From Methanofastidiosum sp. (GTDB lineage: Archaea > Methanobacteriota_B > Thermococci > Methanofastidiosales > Methanofastidiosaceae): DNA of 64,000 nt. The stretch lies in NCBI GenBank assembly GCA_040771805.1, contig JAXGZJ010000001.1:1359961-1423960 (forward strand), written 5' to 3'. Below, piece by piece: positions 18,877 through 28,254 of this stretch. The position numbers and the translations under genes were made by a program. The notes under the pieces are model-generated. The model was not told the origin of the DNA and ran no database searches. It saw only the letters and a program-made list of their open reading frames with translations. Every line of letters starts with the position of its first letter. Position 1 is the first letter of the stretch.

Positions 18877-19347
18877 TCACAATCCAAATAAACTAGATAA
18901 TCCGCTTTCCCATCCAATTGTCTTGCAAATCTTCATAGGTATTGGCCGGAAAGGTTTATCGTTCTTACTACTAGTATTAAGAGAAATTTTTTCAACTACC
19001 TCCGAAAGACTCACCCAATACCAAGTTCTAAATTGGACTGCTTCAACTGAAAATGCGAGCCATATAGGTATTCTGAATATTCTTTCAAATGAAAGGAGTT
19101 TTTGGATTTCTTCTTCGTCTATGACAAATGATTCATATTTTTCATATATTTTTCTTTCTTTAACATCTACTGCAATTATACCGATTGAATTTATTACTAC
19201 TAAAAAATCAGGTCTTTTAGTAACTCCCTTGAATAGGCTTGAAAAGCAATCAAGTGATTGATCAATGTAAAGATACGCATATCCCTTATTTTCCAGCCAT
19301 TCTTTGAATCTTTGTTCAGAATTATTTGATACGACCACGATTATCAC
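18877..19347 (-). CDS. PD-(D/E)XK-fold nuclease-like protein (NERD-like)
   Basis: 156 aa. It reads ...RPDFLVVINSIGIIAVDVKERK, giving a PD...(D/E)xK arrangement. Its composition is protein-like. The overlapping + strand ORF 18788-19261 is judged spurious. Confidence 0.45.
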   Translation of the reverse strand: MIIVVVSNNSEQRFKEWLENKGYAYLYIDQSLDCFSSLFKGVTKRPDFLVVINSIGIIAVDVKERKIYEKYESFVIDEEEIQKLLSFERIFRIPIWLAFSVEAVQFRTWYWVSLSEVVEKISLNTSSKNDKPFRPIPMKICKTIGWESGLSSLFGL

Positions 19348-19502
19348 AAAAACTAGTAGTAAGTTTAAACTAGATTTTCTCCATATATAAACATATGGGA
19401 ATAAATTGAGAAATATACAAAAATTAATTTTTCCATTAGTGATATCTATAATATTAATAGTCTAAAGAGAACTTTTATTAATTATATTTTTTATTTAATA
19501 TC

Positions 19503-20765
19503 ATGAATGATGTTCAAAATGGAAATAATTCAGATTGGGAATTTAAAGGAATATCTAGACATTCAATGTTAATATCGACAGTTCTTTCTAATCGCATTAA
19601 AAGTATAGAAGAAAGTTTAATGGACAAATATGATTTAATTCCAACACCAAATCAAGTTTATGAAGAAAATAAAGAATTATTAGAAAGAATAAAAGAGTAT
19701 ATTAAAGAAGATAATAATTTTAGATCAGTATTAATAGAAAATAAATCTTCTGATTTAGGATTTCCTTATAGAATGAAAATTGAACACAAAAATGGAACAA
19801 TAATAGTTTTTGATGGCATTTCTATACGAAGCTCTAAAATTGTAAATGATAAAAACATCAAAATGGAAGACTTGTTAAAAGAAACAGGATACCCATCCGA
19901 TTATGATGAAATTAATGATTTTAATGAATGTATCAAAAAAAATTTAGATGTTCGATATCTCCGCTATACCCCTTATAGTTATTATACTATCAAGGAAACT
20001 AATTGGGAAAAAATCGGAATAAAATGGAATGGGCAAGAAGGTGAGATATGCCTTATAATAAATGATCCAAATAGATTTGAATTATTTTTCCCACAAAAAT
20101 ATGTAAAAACTGGAGAAGATTTTCATATATATTTGGGAAATGAAAATAAAATACATCAAAGGATATCCCATGACTACTTTATTAAGCGAGAATTAGAAAA
20201 ATATGAAGGATATTATAAAAATAAATTGGAAGAAGTATTAGGATATCGAAGTGACTTAAATAAAGATTTTGGGGGTATAGCCTCTCCAGCTTATAAATTA
20301 CTCAAAAAAACCAAGATGTGGGGATTTGTTAAAAATGCTGTCAAATCATTATATCAACTGATAGATTATATTGAAAGGGGAAATTTTCTTATAGATTATT
20401 TAGAGCGCAATATTAAAGAGAACATATCTTATATTAATTTACCGCCAGTGATTTTTTATATAGGTGGCGAGAAAAAAGATTTAAATAAAATGAATCGTTT
20501 TGAGGAAAAGCATTTTATTGTAATTAGAATTGAAGAAAATAAATCAATATCAAACTCCCCAGAGATTAAATACGCTATACCTTCCTACAACCCTGAAGTC
20601 AAAAATCTAAAATATTATTTAGAAAGTACTTCAAAAAATACGGAAAATATTTATAATCGAGAAAAAGATTTACTAACTGCTTATCAAACTGAATTTGGAT
20701 TATATGGTGTTTGGATTGCTATTATTGCAATTATTATAGCTATGGCCTCTTTATTTTTTAGGTAA
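19503..20765 (+). CDS. Hypothetical protein with a C-terminal transmembrane anchor (tail-anchored)
   Basis: 420 aa, ending GVWIAIIAIIIAMASLFFR. No recognisable motif. It lies in the element. Confidence 0.5.
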   Translation: MNDVQNGNNSDWEFKGISRHSMLISTVLSNRIKSIEESLMDKYDLIPTPNQVYEENKELLERIKEYIKEDNNFRSVLIENKSSDLGFPYRMKIEHKNGTIIVFDGISIRSSKIVNDKNIKMEDLLKETGYPSDYDEINDFNECIKKNLDVRYLRYTPYSYYTIKETNWEKIGIKWNGQEGEICLIINDPNRFELFFPQKYVKTGEDFHIYLGNENKIHQRISHDYFIKRELEKYEGYYKNKLEEVLGYRSDLNKDFGGIASPAYKLLKKTKMWGFVKNAVKSLYQLIDYIERGNFLIDYLERNIKENISYINLPPVIFYIGGEKKDLNKMNRFEEKHFIVIRIEENKSISNSPEIKYAIPSYNPEVKNLKYYLESTSKNTENIYNREKDLLTAYQTEFGLYGVWIAIIAIIIAMASLFFR

Positions 20766-20811
20766 TTATACTAGAAATATAATTTTAGCTATAAGAAATT
20801 TGTATGGCATA

Positions 20812-22263
20812 TCATTCTTCAATCAATAACACCTGAGCCATTTCTTTATTTTTAATAGTTCTATAATAATCTGAGGGATAATTTTCTGGAGTAAATATCT
20901 TCAATGCTTCGTCAAATGCTTCTATGGCTTTTATAACATTATCTTGTTTATCTTTAATTTTAGAAAATTCTATATAGACATTGCCAATATTACCATAAAT
21001 CAAAGCATATTGGTAAGGTTCATTATAGATTTTATATAAAATGAGAGCTTGTGAATACGCATCTAGAGCATTTATTAGATATTGTTCTTTATTTTGATTG
21101 TCTATTTCAGATAGTCTCCTATATATTGCCCCTTGAGTGATTTTTATTGAGCCGTAACTTTCTTTATTTCTTTCGAATGTATTTATCAGTAATGAATCTT
21201 CACAATATCCAAGCGCAATTTTTAGATTATTTAATGGATTTTCGAAAAAGGATAGTCTACGATGCGTAACAGCTAGATTAAAAAGTATATTGGCATAGTC
21301 TCCGGGATATTTTTCTATTGTATAAACTTTCAATGATTCATTAAATTCGTCCAAAGCTAGGTATAAATATTTTTTTCCTTCTGGTAAATCGTTTAGATTA
21401 GAATGGGCAACTCCTAGATTACATTTAGCAAATGCGTATTGATAAGGATACTTTTCAAGAGTAAAGAATCTCAAAGCTTCTTCAAAAGAGATTATGGAAT
21501 TGATAAAATTTGTCTCTTTATCTACGCCTAGCATGGCTAATGTACCATAAGATGCTCCCAAATTTATTTGAATTTTGGCATAGTCGTAACTTACATTATC
21601 ATCTTTATGGATTTCCAGAGCTTTTTTGAAATAACTTATGGACTCCTTGGAATTTTCTACCCTATTCTTGTATTTAGAAAAAGTTGCATAAATTACGCCA
21701 ATATTTGTATTTGTTGAAGCGTATTGCGTAGGGTATTTTTCTTTTGTGAAAACTTTCAAAGCTTTATTAAATGAAATTAGTGCATTATTTAAATTCTCAT
21801 CTCTTGTATTTTCATTCGCATTAGCTCTTTGAGAAAAATTATAATAACATACCCCTTTTTTATGTTCTAGGTCTGCAATAATATCTGGCTTTTCACTTCC
21901 ATTAAACTTATTCTCAAGGGCGACTATCCTCCCAAATGCTTTGTCGAATAGGCCAGAACTGATATCTAGTTGAATACTTTGAAGAGATTCTTCTATTATC
22001 TTTTGATGGTCTCTTCCTTCCTTGTAAGGGATGTATATTGTAAATATGGTGGTTATTATCCCCAAAATTACTCCCAATCCAACAACAATTTTCCAAAACT
22101 TCCTCAGTGACTCTTTGTTTATCATTTTAATCTCCTCCGATTGAGGCGTATATGTCTCTTCTTTACCTTGAATCTTAAATATTTTGTCAAATATTATTGG
22201 GGCAGATATTAAAAATACTAATATGATAATTCCTACAACTAAAATCTTTTTTATAGCTCCCAT
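20812..22263 (-). CDS. Membrane-anchored TPR-like repeat protein
   Basis: 483 aa. There is an N-terminal TM, a second TM around residue 60, and then repeated ~34-40 aa units with Y/A/L periodicity typical of TPR. Confidence 0.5.
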   Translation of the reverse strand: MGAIKKILVVGIIILVFLISAPIIFDKIFKIQGKEETYTPQSEEIKMINKESLRKFWKIVVGLGVILGIITTIFTIYIPYKEGRDHQKIIEESLQSIQLDISSGLFDKAFGRIVALENKFNGSEKPDIIADLEHKKGVCYYNFSQRANANENTRDENLNNALISFNKALKVFTKEKYPTQYASTNTNIGVIYATFSKYKNRVENSKESISYFKKALEIHKDDNVSYDYAKIQINLGASYGTLAMLGVDKETNFINSIISFEEALRFFTLEKYPYQYAFAKCNLGVAHSNLNDLPEGKKYLYLALDEFNESLKVYTIEKYPGDYANILFNLAVTHRRLSFFENPLNNLKIALGYCEDSLLINTFERNKESYGSIKITQGAIYRRLSEIDNQNKEQYLINALDAYSQALILYKIYNEPYQYALIYGNIGNVYIEFSKIKDKQDNVIKAIEAFDEALKIFTPENYPSDYYRTIKNKEMAQVLLIEE

Positions 22264-22370
22264 GGATATTAGAATACTTTCATATTTATATGAATATGGA
22301 AAAATATAGAAATTATTCCCAAGAAAGCTCTAATCTTACTAATAATACTCAAAGAGACTCTTTGCATGAA

Positions 22371-23165
22371 TTAGTTCTCCTCTTCAAAGAATAACTTTTT
22401 TTGTATCAAACTATCGATGGCATTTTCTCCAAACATCTCGATGAGCTTTGCCTTGTCTGTAGCCGGATTGTTTTTGAGAAAAAGAAATGCAATTATTTCT
22501 TTATCCGAGAGTTTCTCGTAATTCTTTAATAATTCCAAGGAAGAATCTTTTTTTTCAGAATTTATTATAATTCGTATTCTATTCAGCTTATTCTGTTTTT
22601 TTATTTTTTTATTTGTTGAGAAAAAAGAGATAATTTTTTCATCCCAGCTTTCTGGGACCAAGGAGCCTATGAAGAAAATCCCAATAGGAACAACTGGAAG
22701 TAACAGGATAAAATAAAATGTTTCGAAAGTACTATTATTTTGGTAATGAATAGTTGTTATTTTTGATTCTATATACGTGTCTCTTGATCCTCCCCAATTT
22801 GAAAAGGTCAAATAATATTTTCCACGAAGGTCAAGCTTTATTATTTTATCAATTTCTTTAGTGTTTAGAATTTCGTATTCAGAAATAAAACTTTTCCAAT
22901 TGGGTCCAATTCTCCTAAGATGATTTTCTTCTGACATTATATAGAAATTTATTGGCTCCGTAGATTTCATTTTAATTTTTATCTCAGATTCTCCAAATAA
23001 ATTAAACTCATACGATTGAGAGTATCCTTTATCAAGATCAAAATTTTTATTTAAGATGTCAAGCTCATACTCCTCTACACATATATCAGCTAATACGGAA
23101 AAGAATAATGCGAACGCAATTAAAATTATTACAATAATACCAGATATTTTGCTAGATTTTCTCAT
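22371..23165 (-). CDS. Hypothetical two-TM membrane protein with a possible C-terminal DNA-binding-like tail
   Basis: 264 aa. There is an N-terminal signal anchor, a second hydrophobic helix near residue 150, and a charged C-terminus. Confidence 0.4.
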   Translation of the reverse strand: MRKSSKISGIIVIILIAFALFFSVLADICVEEYELDILNKNFDLDKGYSQSYEFNLFGESEIKIKMKSTEPINFYIMSEENHLRRIGPNWKSFISEYEILNTKEIDKIIKLDLRGKYYLTFSNWGGSRDTYIESKITTIHYQNNSTFETFYFILLLPVVPIGIFFIGSLVPESWDEKIISFFSTNKKIKKQNKLNRIRIIINSEKKDSSLELLKNYEKLSDKEIIAFLFLKNNPATDKAKLIEMFGENAIDSLIQKKLFFEEEN

Positions 23166-23235
23166 ATTAAATCACCAAAGATTAGTTAAATATTGTCTTC
23201 TTCATATATAAGAATATGTAAAAATATAGGGAAAA

Positions 23236-24207
23236 TTAGTCATTCAAATTGAGGAAGTTTTGAAGATATTTCTTATTCTTTTTTTGATTGGCTATATGGA
23301 TATATTTCATAGTCGTGATAAGAGAGTTGTGACCTAAGTGTTCTTGAATCGTATAAGGGTCAACATCATTTAATGCCAGATGCGTTGCGCATGTATGGCG
23401 GAGCTTGTGAGGGTAGACCTTTACTCCGGCAGATTTTCCGGCTTTGGACATTATTTCACAGATACGATTTCGAGTAAGCCGATTTCTATTCCTTTTAGAC
23501 TGAAATAGAGCTTTATAGTGAGGATGCGATGATCTTTCAAGCGCAGTGTACAAAACGATAGCTAAGACGACATCTGCAGACAGTTCTCTTTCATAATCTC
23601 GCCGGTTTTTAGTATCCCTTAAAATTACAGAGCCCGACCAATAATAAAATCCGATGTTTTTAAAATCGTCAAAATCATCCCAATTATTGAGAAGATGTAG
23701 AAGCATCTCTACTGGATATCTAGAGAGGGTGGGAGACAATCTAAGGGAGGTACTACCGTTTTCATAGCTTTTTTGGACATATTTAAAATCATCAATATTG
23801 AGATTTACTACTTCAGACACCCTAAGGCCACCCTTCGCCATCAGAAGGAACATGGCAAGGTCGCGGTAGGACTTGAAATGAATCATCACTTTATTGAATT
23901 CCTCCTGGGTGAGGTACTCAGTCAGAGGATGATTGCTCTTGGGCAGTGGCAGATGATTTTCAATATTATGGAAGGAAAGGTAGTGATTCAGAATGACCGC
24001 AATATTCCTGGCCGTTTTAGGGGCATATTTATCAGAGCGGTACTGAAGATAGAACTTCCGTACATTTTCATAAAGATTGTTTTCATCGGTATCAGGATAT
24101 TCCCTCTTGAACTTCTCGATTATTCTCATATAGTCTTTGACCTGGGCTTCGGCTATGCACTTGTCAATAATCAGGTAGTTCTTGAAATCTTCGGATGATT
24201 TAAGCAT
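23236..24207 (-). CDS. Tyrosine integrase/recombinase (phage-integrase family), element-encoded
   Basis: 323 aa. The catalytic region reads HKLRHTCATHLALNDVDPYTIQEHLGHNSLITTMKYIH. The N-terminus is similar to the second integrase. Confidence 0.8.
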   Translation of the reverse strand: MLKSSEDFKNYLIIDKCIAEAQVKDYMRIIEKFKREYPDTDENNLYENVRKFYLQYRSDKYAPKTARNIAVILNHYLSFHNIENHLPLPKSNHPLTEYLTQEEFNKVMIHFKSYRDLAMFLLMAKGGLRVSEVVNLNIDDFKYVQKSYENGSTSLRLSPTLSRYPVEMLLHLLNNWDDFDDFKNIGFYYWSGSVILRDTKNRRDYERELSADVVLAIVLYTALERSSHPHYKALFQSKRNRNRLTRNRICEIMSKAGKSAGVKVYPHKLRHTCATHLALNDVDPYTIQEHLGHNSLITTMKYIHIANQKKNKKYLQNFLNLND

Positions 24208-24420
24208 GTCAAACGCCCCCCTCAGAAAATAAAGATTGAATCAATAAAAGGTTATTGAATTTCTATATAAATAATAATTTTTATCTTTTAGCTTCCTCGA
24301 GTTATATATTCAAGTAAGTTGATTCTTTCTCATAATCCCATCGAGAATGCCCTCTATATCGGCAGTCGTATCGTCAAAATTATTCCTACTAATTTTAAAA
24401 AATTTACAAAGCGGGCATTT

Positions 24421-24870
24421 CTATTTATATCCAAGGATAAACGGACTTTCATTTAATTCAATTTTGCATCTGGGGCAGAGAGGAATTTTCTCTACGGCAA
24501 ATATAGGTTTAGGAGTCGTGTCTGTTAAACTTAGAGGGTGTGGTTTGTAACTATATATCTCCCAAATGACATTATTATGCTCATATGTAGAGTGAATAGT
24601 CCAATCTTCGTTATTATAATATTGTTTACAATACCGGCGTTTTGATTTTTTGCGAGATGATTTCTTATAAGATATATACAATGCAATGGCAAATAGCATT
24701 AATATTAGAATCAAGGATAAATAATTAATTTCAAAAGTAAAGAAAAAATTTTTTATCCTTAGATCATTATCAATAAGATACTCAAAATATTTTATAATAA
24801 GACCGCCAGCTACAGCAATAATAATCCCATAGCATATATACTGTTTTGCACTCATATTATCTTTTTTCAT
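24421..24870 (-). CDS. Hypothetical membrane protein with a C-terminal CxxC pair
   Basis: 149 aa, two TM helices, a basic linker, and CPRCK near the C-terminus. Confidence 0.35.
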   Translation of the reverse strand: MKKDNMSAKQYICYGIIIAVAGGLIIKYFEYLIDNDLRIKNFFFTFEINYLSLILILMLFAIALYISYKKSSRKKSKRRYCKQYYNNEDWTIHSTYEHNNVIWEIYSYKPHPLSLTDTTPKPIFAVEKIPLCPRCKIELNESPFILGYK

Positions 24871-24992
24871 TTGATATTTGTAAGAATAATTGTTTAATAA
24901 ATATACCCTTATACCAATCTTGTTTAATGCTATTTGAAATACGATTAACTAAAAAACGAATATTATCGAAATAGGAAATAATTAACTAATAG

Positions 24993-25817
24993 CTATTTAA
25001 CATCAAAGTCTTGGGCTATTGATAGAGCATATTTTTTGTAGTTTGTTTTCTGGACTTCATCCACTGCATGGATGTATATCTGGGTCGATTCATAGCTTCG
25101 ATGCCTCAGCTGATTCTTAATAGTGTCTATATCTGCGCCGTTTATCCTCATCTGAGTTGCGCAGGTGTGCCTCAGCATATGAGGGTGGACTTTGACCCCT
25201 ATTGAATCTCCGGCTTTTTTTATAGTATTCTGGATTGCCCTTGTGCTGATTCTGGTATTCCTTCGGGTCAAGAATAGAGCCTTGTTCTTGATAGAGTTAT
25301 CCCTTTCAAGCGCTATGTAGCTCTGGATTAATGATATGGTGTCCTCCATAAGGTACACCTTCCAATCCTCCCTGTTTTTAGTATCCTTGAGCAGGATGTA
25401 TCCATCGTCGTTCTTGAAATAAAGGTCGTCGAGATTGAGCTTTGAGACCTCGCTGACTCTAAGCCCCGCTTGGACCATTAAGAGGAATAGGGAGATGTCG
25501 CGGTAAGAGGAAAATTGACACAGCATCTTATAGACATCCTCCTTCTTCAGGTACTGGATTTTAGTCTTGTTTTTCTTCGGAGGTTTTATGGAGAAGTCGA
25601 TTCCCCTGTATTCTGAAAATCTGTTTAGCGCAAAAGCGATGTTTCTGATGGTGGACTTTGAGTAATCACCATTTAGGTAGGAGATGTAGAACTCCATAAT
25701 ATCATCCTTTGATTCTCCAGGATATTTGGATCTAAAGCTCTCTATGGTGTATAGGTAGCACTGGGCTTGATAGGGAGATATGCCCTTTTCTATTATCAAA
25801 AAGTTCTTGAAGTCCAT
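24993..25817 (-). CDS. Tyrosine integrase/recombinase (second copy, paralogous to 23236-24207)
   Basis: 274 aa. The catalytic region reads HMLRHTCATQMRINGADIDTIKNQLRHRSYESTQIYIH. The N-terminus MDFKNFLIIEKGISPYQAQCY resembles the other integrase (DFKNYLIIDKCIAEAQVKDY). Confidence 0.8.
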   Translation of the reverse strand: MDFKNFLIIEKGISPYQAQCYLYTIESFRSKYPGESKDDIMEFYISYLNGDYSKSTIRNIAFALNRFSEYRGIDFSIKPPKKNKTKIQYLKKEDVYKMLCQFSSYRDISLFLLMVQAGLRVSEVSKLNLDDLYFKNDDGYILLKDTKNREDWKVYLMEDTISLIQSYIALERDNSIKNKALFLTRRNTRISTRAIQNTIKKAGDSIGVKVHPHMLRHTCATQMRINGADIDTIKNQLRHRSYESTQIYIHAVDEVQKTNYKKYALSIAQDFDVK

Positions 25818-25898
25818 ACACGCCTCCAGATATTTAATAAACTACGAATTAGGAAAAACAGCCCATTATGAAAGAGTATATGGAAAAGAAAGGCGTTG

Positions 25899-27890
25899 TC
25901 AGCCATCCGATGCCTCCCGATAAGATTCTAAGGATTCAAATACTAGATTTTTAAGTAAAGTGAAGGGGTCTAATGGTTCTTTGTGAATACAAGTATTACT
26001 AACTATAGGGCCCTCATTTGAAGGATCTAGATTAGGAGTAGTTTCAACACTATTTAGGGAATAAAAGAAAGAGTATAGAGGCACATGGCAGTCAAGACAC
26101 AATGTCCCTAATGGCGTTAATACCCAGCATTTTAGTGAACGATTATATCTTATTAATTTAAGGCGGACAAGCTTCTTTACATATTTCTTGTATTGGTATT
26201 CGCTGTAGCCGAAATTCAACATAATTGAATCTACCTCTTTAAAGTCAGATATTTCATTGAGGATTTCACGCATGGTCTTATTTTTTAGTTTAGGGAGTTT
26301 CTGGTCCAAATAAGGGGTTGATTTATCGGATAAAGAGCGGATAAACTCGGTGATGCCGGAAAGAGGGTAATAGGTCTCAAATACTTCAGCTAAGAATGAT
26401 TTGAACAGTTTTCGGCGATGCTCAAGTGAGAAACAGGGATATCCCGATAGTAAAGGATTTAGATACCTGATAATTTGGGCATCCTTTCTTTTTGTATCAG
26501 ACAGCCTTGAGATGTCCTTTGATTCGAGCTTCAATTCAAATCTTTCAACAAACCAGGGAATTTGAATTCCGCGCCTTTGGTAGAGCTCTAAGGTCTTGTC
26601 ATAAACATATGCCTTTGGCCTATTGGGAAACTCAAAATAAATTGTAGAGCCTTTGAGGATTGAGATATATTCTGAATTGCAGGCGGCGTAAGATGCTATG
26701 ACGGAATGGAACATCTTTTGCTTTCTCTTTGAGGGGAAGAAGAAGTTGACGTGCAGTTCAAGATAATTGGGGATTATATTTTCAAAGTCAATCATGAAGA
26801 GCTTGCTTAGGTACTGGGCGAAGTTGTATGGATGGTTTTCGGAAGAATCATAATAACGAGAATGCTCAAGCTTTTTGATATATGTGATTTCAAGGGGGTC
26901 AATGTCATTTAGAATTGTTACATTCCCGAAATCAAATTCTCCAAAATTCCCTCTTTTAAAATAGAAGTTGCTGGAAGGGCCGGAATTTATAGAAGCAGGC
27001 TCAAAGAGAAGATTGAATAAATTATGAAGTTCTTCGTTTGCGCGGCATAGGCACCTGGTATTGGAGTCATATGTATCCTGGCTAATTACAAGATTATACG
27101 GCGCCTCACATTCAGGGTCGTATATGGGAAGATTGTACCTGATATGGGATGTAAAAGGAAAATCCGTCCTAATCTCCAGGGTAAGACCGGATATAAAATT
27201 TATTTTATACCACCAGGGATTGTTTTTGCCCCTGTAATGTTGGAAGTTGGCAATTGATTCAACCCCGTAGGCAGAAGGATTTTTTGAAATTGGCTCGTAA
27301 ATATATTTTCTTAAGAAATATCCAAATTCAGAGCACCATTTATCGAGTGCACAAATATAATACGCATCTTCATCGGAAATAGGCTTGCCTTTAGAAATCT
27401 GATCCTTTAATGCGTAGGCCTTGTGACCCGAGGGGAACAGGTTTAACTGCTTCAATCCGAATCTGTCCAAAACAACAGATGACATAAAGGTTGAAAGTTC
27501 CGGGATTTTTGAGAACTCGTAAGCTTCATACATCTGTTTACGGGTATAGTAGGCCAGTTTTTTTTCATTAAGTGCACGGTCAATTATAGATATTTTTTCT
27601 TCTGTCTGGTCTAGATAGCAGATTAAGATGGAATTATTGGGATTTTGAGAAATAGCAGATTTAAGGGCTTTAAGAGATAGCATAAGCCCGGCTCTTTCTT
27701 TTTTCAGCTCTTTTCTTTCTTTATCAATTTCGGCGAATGATTCTTTTAATTCAGAATATAGCGAAATCAAAGTTTTCTGATTGTCAATATCTGTTGCAGA
27801 CAATCCTATATCCAGCTCATCAATTATGTCCTGGTATTTAGCAAGTGATTCCGGATCTTCCAATATATAATTTCGCCTCATATTGAACAC
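25899..27890 (-). CDS. Large hypothetical protein of the element, possibly a replication/initiator-like protein with a C-terminal winged-helix-like region
   Basis: 663 aa with no recognisable catalytic motif. The C-terminal segment (MREILNEISDFKEVDSIMLNFGYSEYQYKKYVKKLVRLKLIRY) looks wHTH-like. It is the largest gene and lies next to the tRNA junction. Confidence 0.35.
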   Translation of the reverse strand: MFNMRRNYILEDPESLAKYQDIIDELDIGLSATDIDNQKTLISLYSELKESFAEIDKERKELKKERAGLMLSLKALKSAISQNPNNSILICYLDQTEEKISIIDRALNEKKLAYYTRKQMYEAYEFSKIPELSTFMSSVVLDRFGLKQLNLFPSGHKAYALKDQISKGKPISDEDAYYICALDKWCSEFGYFLRKYIYEPISKNPSAYGVESIANFQHYRGKNNPWWYKINFISGLTLEIRTDFPFTSHIRYNLPIYDPECEAPYNLVISQDTYDSNTRCLCRANEELHNLFNLLFEPASINSGPSSNFYFKRGNFGEFDFGNVTILNDIDPLEITYIKKLEHSRYYDSSENHPYNFAQYLSKLFMIDFENIIPNYLELHVNFFFPSKRKQKMFHSVIASYAACNSEYISILKGSTIYFEFPNRPKAYVYDKTLELYQRRGIQIPWFVERFELKLESKDISRLSDTKRKDAQIIRYLNPLLSGYPCFSLEHRRKLFKSFLAEVFETYYPLSGITEFIRSLSDKSTPYLDQKLPKLKNKTMREILNEISDFKEVDSIMLNFGYSEYQYKKYVKKLVRLKLIRYNRSLKCWVLTPLGTLCLDCHVPLYSFFYSLNSVETTPNLDPSNEGPIVSNTCIHKEPLDPFTLLKNLVFESLESYREASDG

Positions 27891-28047
27891 ATACTTCTAT
27901 TATTGAAAGCCGTACCAGAATAGTCCAGGTCTACAATTAAAGCGCAAGGTTTTAGGCCCTGTGACATTAGGAGTTGGAAATTTATTCTAGTTCAGCTTTA
28001 AGACCAATCCGCAAAGGATTGGTAAGATAGAAAAGAATGATTTCTGA

Positions 28048-28132
28048 TGCGGGGGCCGTGATTTGAACACGGGAACTCCTACGAGACAGGGTCCTAAGCC
28101 CTGCACCTTTGACCAGGCTCGGCAACCCCCGC
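28048..28132 (-). tRNA. tRNA-Leu (anticodon TAG), class II with a long variable arm. CCA is not encoded.
   Basis: The reverse complement folds as acceptor GCGGGGG/CCCCCGC, anticodon stem CAGGG/CCCUG with loop CUUAGGA, a long variable arm, and T-arm CCGUGUUCAAAUCACGG. Confidence 0.85.
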
Positions 28133-28254
28133 GTATTTATAAAATCCAAACCATATATTTTGAAATTCTTTATAAATGTAACGATAATTGTTACGTCAAT
28201 TAAATACAGTGAAACTTTTATATTAAGCCAATAACTTATTTTTAGGTGTAAGAA

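Larger units (their letters stand above)
17830..28103. mobile_element. Integrated element (~10.3 kb) inserted at the 3' end of tRNA-Leu(TAG), bounded by 56 bp direct repeats. It carries two tyrosine integrases.
   Basis: Direct repeats lie at 17830-17885 and 28048-28103. Intact integrase genes lie at 23236-24207 and 24993-25817. Most cargo genes are of unknown function and lie on one strand. The tRNA gene is reconstituted at the right junction. Confidence 0.75.

Noticed and set aside
18788-19261. ORF on the + strand, 157 aa
   Set aside because: It overlaps the more protein-like minus-strand PD-(D/E)XK ORF. It is Ser/Leu/Ile-rich with no charged-residue balance, so it is likely spurious.
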